From NCBI GenBank assembly GCA_965248755.1, contig OZ252149.1, positions 3,776,001 to 3,840,000 on the forward strand: a stretch of 64,000 nucleotides of DNA, given 5' to 3'. The notes below the pieces were generated by a model. It saw only the letters and a list, made by a program, of their open reading frames with translations. It was not told where the DNA came from and made no database searches. Positions 60,256-64,000 of this stretch are shown here, piece after piece (position 1 is the stretch's first letter; the number at the start of each line of letters is the position of its first letter). The DNA comes from Candidatus Latescibacterota bacterium. GTDB lineage: Bacteria; Latescibacterota; CBDEFO01. A program made the translations under genes and the position numbers.

Positions 60256-61110
60256 ATGAAGAACCAAGATTTCGGGCTGACAGAACAGCAAATCAATTTC
60301 TTCGGTACTTTTGGCTATATTAGTTTTCCCAGCCTGGTAGAAGATCGCAGCGCGGAGATTGATAGGGAGTTTGAAGCAGTTTGGGATACACACGGAGGAG
60401 GGCATGACGGGAAGCCGCATGATGGGAAAGCCCGCTCCTGTATCGTTCCATTCATAGATCAAAGTGCGATCCTCTCTTCTCTGTTGGACGACCCCCGTAT
60501 CTTGGGAATTGCGACCAGCCTGTTGGGAGATGATTTCAACTATATGGGCAGCGATGGAAAATACTACGTGGGGGACACGCATTGGCATTCCGATGGAGCG
60601 CATAGGGCAGAAGACCCCATGCACCTCAAAATAGCCTTTTACCTTGACCCCCCACCCGTGACACGGGAGCCCTTAGCGTGATTCTGGGCAGTCATCTCTT
60701 TGGAGATCGTTATGCTGACGGACTTCAAGAGCAGATTGGGCAGTCAGTGTCTTGAACGATGGGGTACGCACGACAAGGACGTACCGGCAATAGCATTAGA
60801 GACACAGTTAGGGGATGTGGTTTGACTTAACCACAATACAAAGCACGCCTCATTAGGCGGTGGGCGTCGCGGGCGGATGTTTACCATTAAACTATGCCAA
60901 CGCTATCCTTACGACCGTTTGGAAGATGTGCGTACCTATATCGAAAGATCGGCCCGCTTCTGGATTGATCGAAATTATGGCGAGCAAATGGTTCGGACGG
61001 CTGGCCCGGAACGGATGCGGCATCTGGAGCAGGTGATGGCGAACGATGGGCATCTTGCTGTAATGTCCCGCAAATTAAAAGAGAAAATGACTGAGCCATC
61101 GCGAGAGTAA
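60256..61110 (+). pseudogene. Phytanoyl-CoA dioxygenase (PhyH)-family pseudogene
   Basis: LTEQQINFF.TFGY and WHSD motifs; frame breaks near 60650-60830; C-terminal remnant ORF 60877-61110. Confidence 0.75.
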
Positions 61111-61407
61111 ACAAATCGATGTTGCACAGCCCTGAAGTTGAGCGGATGTTAAGGGAGCAGACGGTAGTCGGTAGCCCTGATCCTCGATAAAATCAATCGG
61201 GGACAATCGGGGATTCAATCGCGCATAGACAGGGCACCGTCTCCCATCCCCGCGTGCTGTCTACTAATTGTATCGCTATAGTCTGTCCGGACTATTTTGA
61301 CGTGGCACTTACTGTAAAGATTGGCTCAGGTTCTACATAGGTGTCATTATTAGGAACGAAGTGATTGTAGAGGTAATAAGGAAGCCAGATAAGATGAGGG
61401 AAGCAGA

Positions 61408-62427
61408 ATGCCGGTAGAGGTCCTAGTCATAGGTGTCGGCTCTATTGGCGAGCGCCACGTGCGATGCTTCGGGGCCACCGGCCGTGCTGACGTGTCCTTA
61501 TGCGAGATAGACGACGAACTTCGCCAGAGAATCGCCGACCGCTACGGGGTAATGCGGACCTACTCAAATCTCGACTCTGCGCTGGGTGGCGTCTTCGATT
61601 CCCCGATAGGTGCAATGGGGGGCAAGGCGGCTGTTGTGGCCACCCCGGCTCACCTGCACGTGCCTATAGCTGCTCGTCTGGCTGGAGCGGGGTATCATCT
61701 CCTGATCGAAAAGCCGCTGGCCACGAGCCTTGAAGGGGTCGAACAGTTGCGCCAGTTAGTCTTAGAGAAGGGGATCGTTGCGGCCGTAGGATATAACCAC
61801 CGCGCGCACCCGTCGCTTGCGGAGATGAAGCGGGCGGTCGGCAGCGGGCGCTTTGGTGCCCCCGTTCAGATCGTGGTCGTATCAGGTCAAAACTTTCCCA
61901 CGTACCGCCCCGCCTATCGCGAGATCTACTATGCGGATCGGGCCACCGGAGGTGGCGCCATCCAGGATGGGTTGACCCACTTGGTCAATGCCGGTGAATG
62001 GCTGGTCGGTCCGGTGGATCGTGTCGTCGCTGATGCGGCGCACCAGGTGCTGGACGGCGTCGAAGTGGAAGACACCGTCGGTGTCCTAACGCGGCAGGGG
62101 TCGGTGCTGGGCAGTTACAACTACAATCAACATCAGGCCCCCAATGAAACGACCATAACTGTGGTCTGTAGTCAGGGAATCGCCCGCTTCGAGTCGCACC
62201 GACATCGGTGGCGTTGGATGACAGAGCCGGACGCAGGCTGGACTGATGAACCTTGCGACCCGCTGGAACGCGATACACTTTTTATACGTCAGGCCAATGT
62301 TTTTCTTGACGCAGTTGAGATGGGTACCAAGCCTTTGTGCTCGCTCGACGAAGGAATACAGACCCTGAGGGTAAACCTGGCGATCTTGGAGTCAGCGACT
62401 AATGCGTCGAGCCTCAGGGAGCTTTAA
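61408..62427 (+). CDS. Gfo/Idh/MocA oxidoreductase
   Basis: GVGSIG, ATPAHLH, LIEKP, GGGAIQD..H. Confidence 0.88.
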   Translation: MPVEVLVIGVGSIGERHVRCFGATGRADVSLCEIDDELRQRIADRYGVMRTYSNLDSALGGVFDSPIGAMGGKAAVVATPAHLHVPIAARLAGAGYHLLIEKPLATSLEGVEQLRQLVLEKGIVAAVGYNHRAHPSLAEMKRAVGSGRFGAPVQIVVVSGQNFPTYRPAYREIYYADRATGGGAIQDGLTHLVNAGEWLVGPVDRVVADAAHQVLDGVEVEDTVGVLTRQGSVLGSYNYNQHQAPNETTITVVCSQGIARFESHRHRWRWMTEPDAGWTDEPCDPLERDTLFIRQANVFLDAVEMGTKPLCSLDEGIQTLRVNLAILESATNASSLREL

Positions 62428-62515
62428 AGAAGAGGACCCGATGACGTCATTTGCGGTTCGATCTGACCGGGAAAGTGACACTTTTCAGCTGCGCTGGAGC
62501 AACGGAACACAACCT

Positions 62516-64000
62516 ATGACCATTTTCTATCGCCCCTCTGACGGTGTGGCTGCCGATTTCATCCCCTTTTACTGGAGAGGTGACTACCATCTCTTTTACC
62601 TGAAGGATTATCGGGACGAGACCGGGCACGGGCAGGCAACGCCGTGGTTTCACCTGGTGACGCGTGATTTTGTGCACTTCCAGGACTGGGGTAAGGCGTT
62701 GCCGCGCGGAGCCACCGGCTCGCAGGATGTATGGGTTTACACCGGCTCTGTCATTGAGCAGAACAGAACTTTCCACATCTTCTACACCGGGCATAACTCC
62801 AACTTCAGAGACGTCGGAAAACCGGTGCAGGCAGTTATGCACGCTGTCAGTCCGGATATGTGCACCTGGGCGAAAGACACCGGGTTTCTGTTCTTCGCGC
62901 CGGAGGGCTAAGAGAAGAACGATTGGCGGGATCCATTCGTCTTTTGGAACGAGGAGAGTCTGCCGAATACTGGATGTTGTTGGCTGCGCGGAAAACGGTT
63001 GGTCCCAGCCGCAACCGCGGTTGCATTGCCATGGCAGCGAGCCCGGACTTGCGAACGTGGGAAGTGCGTGAGCCTTTCTGGGAACCGGATGAGTACTACA
63101 CTCATGAGTGCCCTGACCTCTTCCAGATCGGCAGCTGGTGGTACCTGGTCTACTCTACCTTCAGCAAACGTTGGGTTACCCACTACCGTATGAGCCGCAG
63201 CCTTCGGGGCCCATGGTTAGCTCCGGCCAACGACACTTTTGATGGACGCGCTTATTATGCGGCAAAGACTGCCGGCGATGGTAATCGACACTTTGTTTTC
63301 GGCTGGTTGCCCACTAGAGTCGATGAGAAAGATGACGGTGGCTGGAAGTGGGGCGGTAATCTGGTGATCCACCAGATCGAACAGCACTCTGAAGGCATAC
63401 TTACGGTACGCATGCCAGACAATATGGCGGCGCACTTCTCTCAGTCAGCAAAGTTAGCCCCAGAACCCGTTCTTGGACCGTTGACGGTGGAAAATGACAC
63501 TATCACAGCTTCTGCTGCAGGTCGTTTCTCGGCACTCACGTTAGGCATGATACCCGACAGGTACCTGATTGAAACAACCATCACCTGTGCCGAAGGGACT
63601 GCTAACTGTGGGTTACTGCTGCGTACGGATGATGACTTGAATTCCTACTACCAGGTACGCCTGGAGCTCCCAAACCAGAGGCTGGTCATTGACCGCTGGC
63701 CGCGTGCGGGGCGACCAGCCCTTCATGCTTGAACGTCCGCTGGCCATAGCACCTGACCACCCAGTCACCCTGCGTGCCATCGCCGACGGCACGTGTTTGG
63801 TAGTATACGCCAACGAACAGGTGGCACTTTCCTGCCGGATGTATGACCATCGTATGGGAAAGTTAGGACTGTTCGTCACCGAAGGTAAGGCAAGCTTTCG
63901 AAACTCATGCATCAAGACTATGGCTGATGTTACTGTAATGCCTCAGGAGATAACAGCGTATGCGATGGCTACTGAGTGGAGCAGTTCACCGTTCGAAAGA
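62516..64000 (+). pseudogene. GH32-family glycoside hydrolase pseudogene (last frame runs to window end)
   Basis: D.IPFY..GDYHLFYL, TGSV, WRDPFVFW and ECPDLF split by an in-frame TAA (62909-62911) and frameshifts near 62960 and 63715. Confidence 0.82.

Overview
Bacterial diderm chromosome segment. The T9SS/FlgD-type C-terminal domains, the dockerin style and the gene repertoire suggest an FCB-superphylum lineage such as Latescibacterota (inference). Four parts. (1) ~1-28.6 kb: a cluster of secreted, non-catalytic cohesin/dockerin proteins, including three giant multi-Ig proteins of about 2578, 1437 and 2533 aa, most ending in a T9SS type-A/FlgD-like C-terminal domain, plus a GT4 and a Wzi paralogue. 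One gene of the cluster is split by a 2.6-kb IS1380 transposition unit, bounded by 5-bp ATTAT direct repeats, that carries a tRNA-Leu and a decayed gene. (2) ~29.6-49.2 kb: a Wzx/Wzy-type surface polysaccharide locus (ugd, rfbB, oxidoreductase, wzi-wza-wzc-like, flippase, O-antigen ligase/polymerase, GTs, carbamoyltransferase, methyltransferase, priming transferase). (3) ftsY, a peptidase/PD40/Omp85 fusion and two DNA glycosylases. (4) A compositionally different tail with sthA, a dockerin-bearing alpha/beta hydrolase, an oxidoreductase and two pseudogenes (PhyH, GH32). Intergenic DNA holds a two-copy MITE, REP-like pairs and an approximately 21-23-bp palindrome that inserts into REPs and into itself. 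No CRISPR, rRNA or prophage seen. Domain calls are by eye, without database searches.
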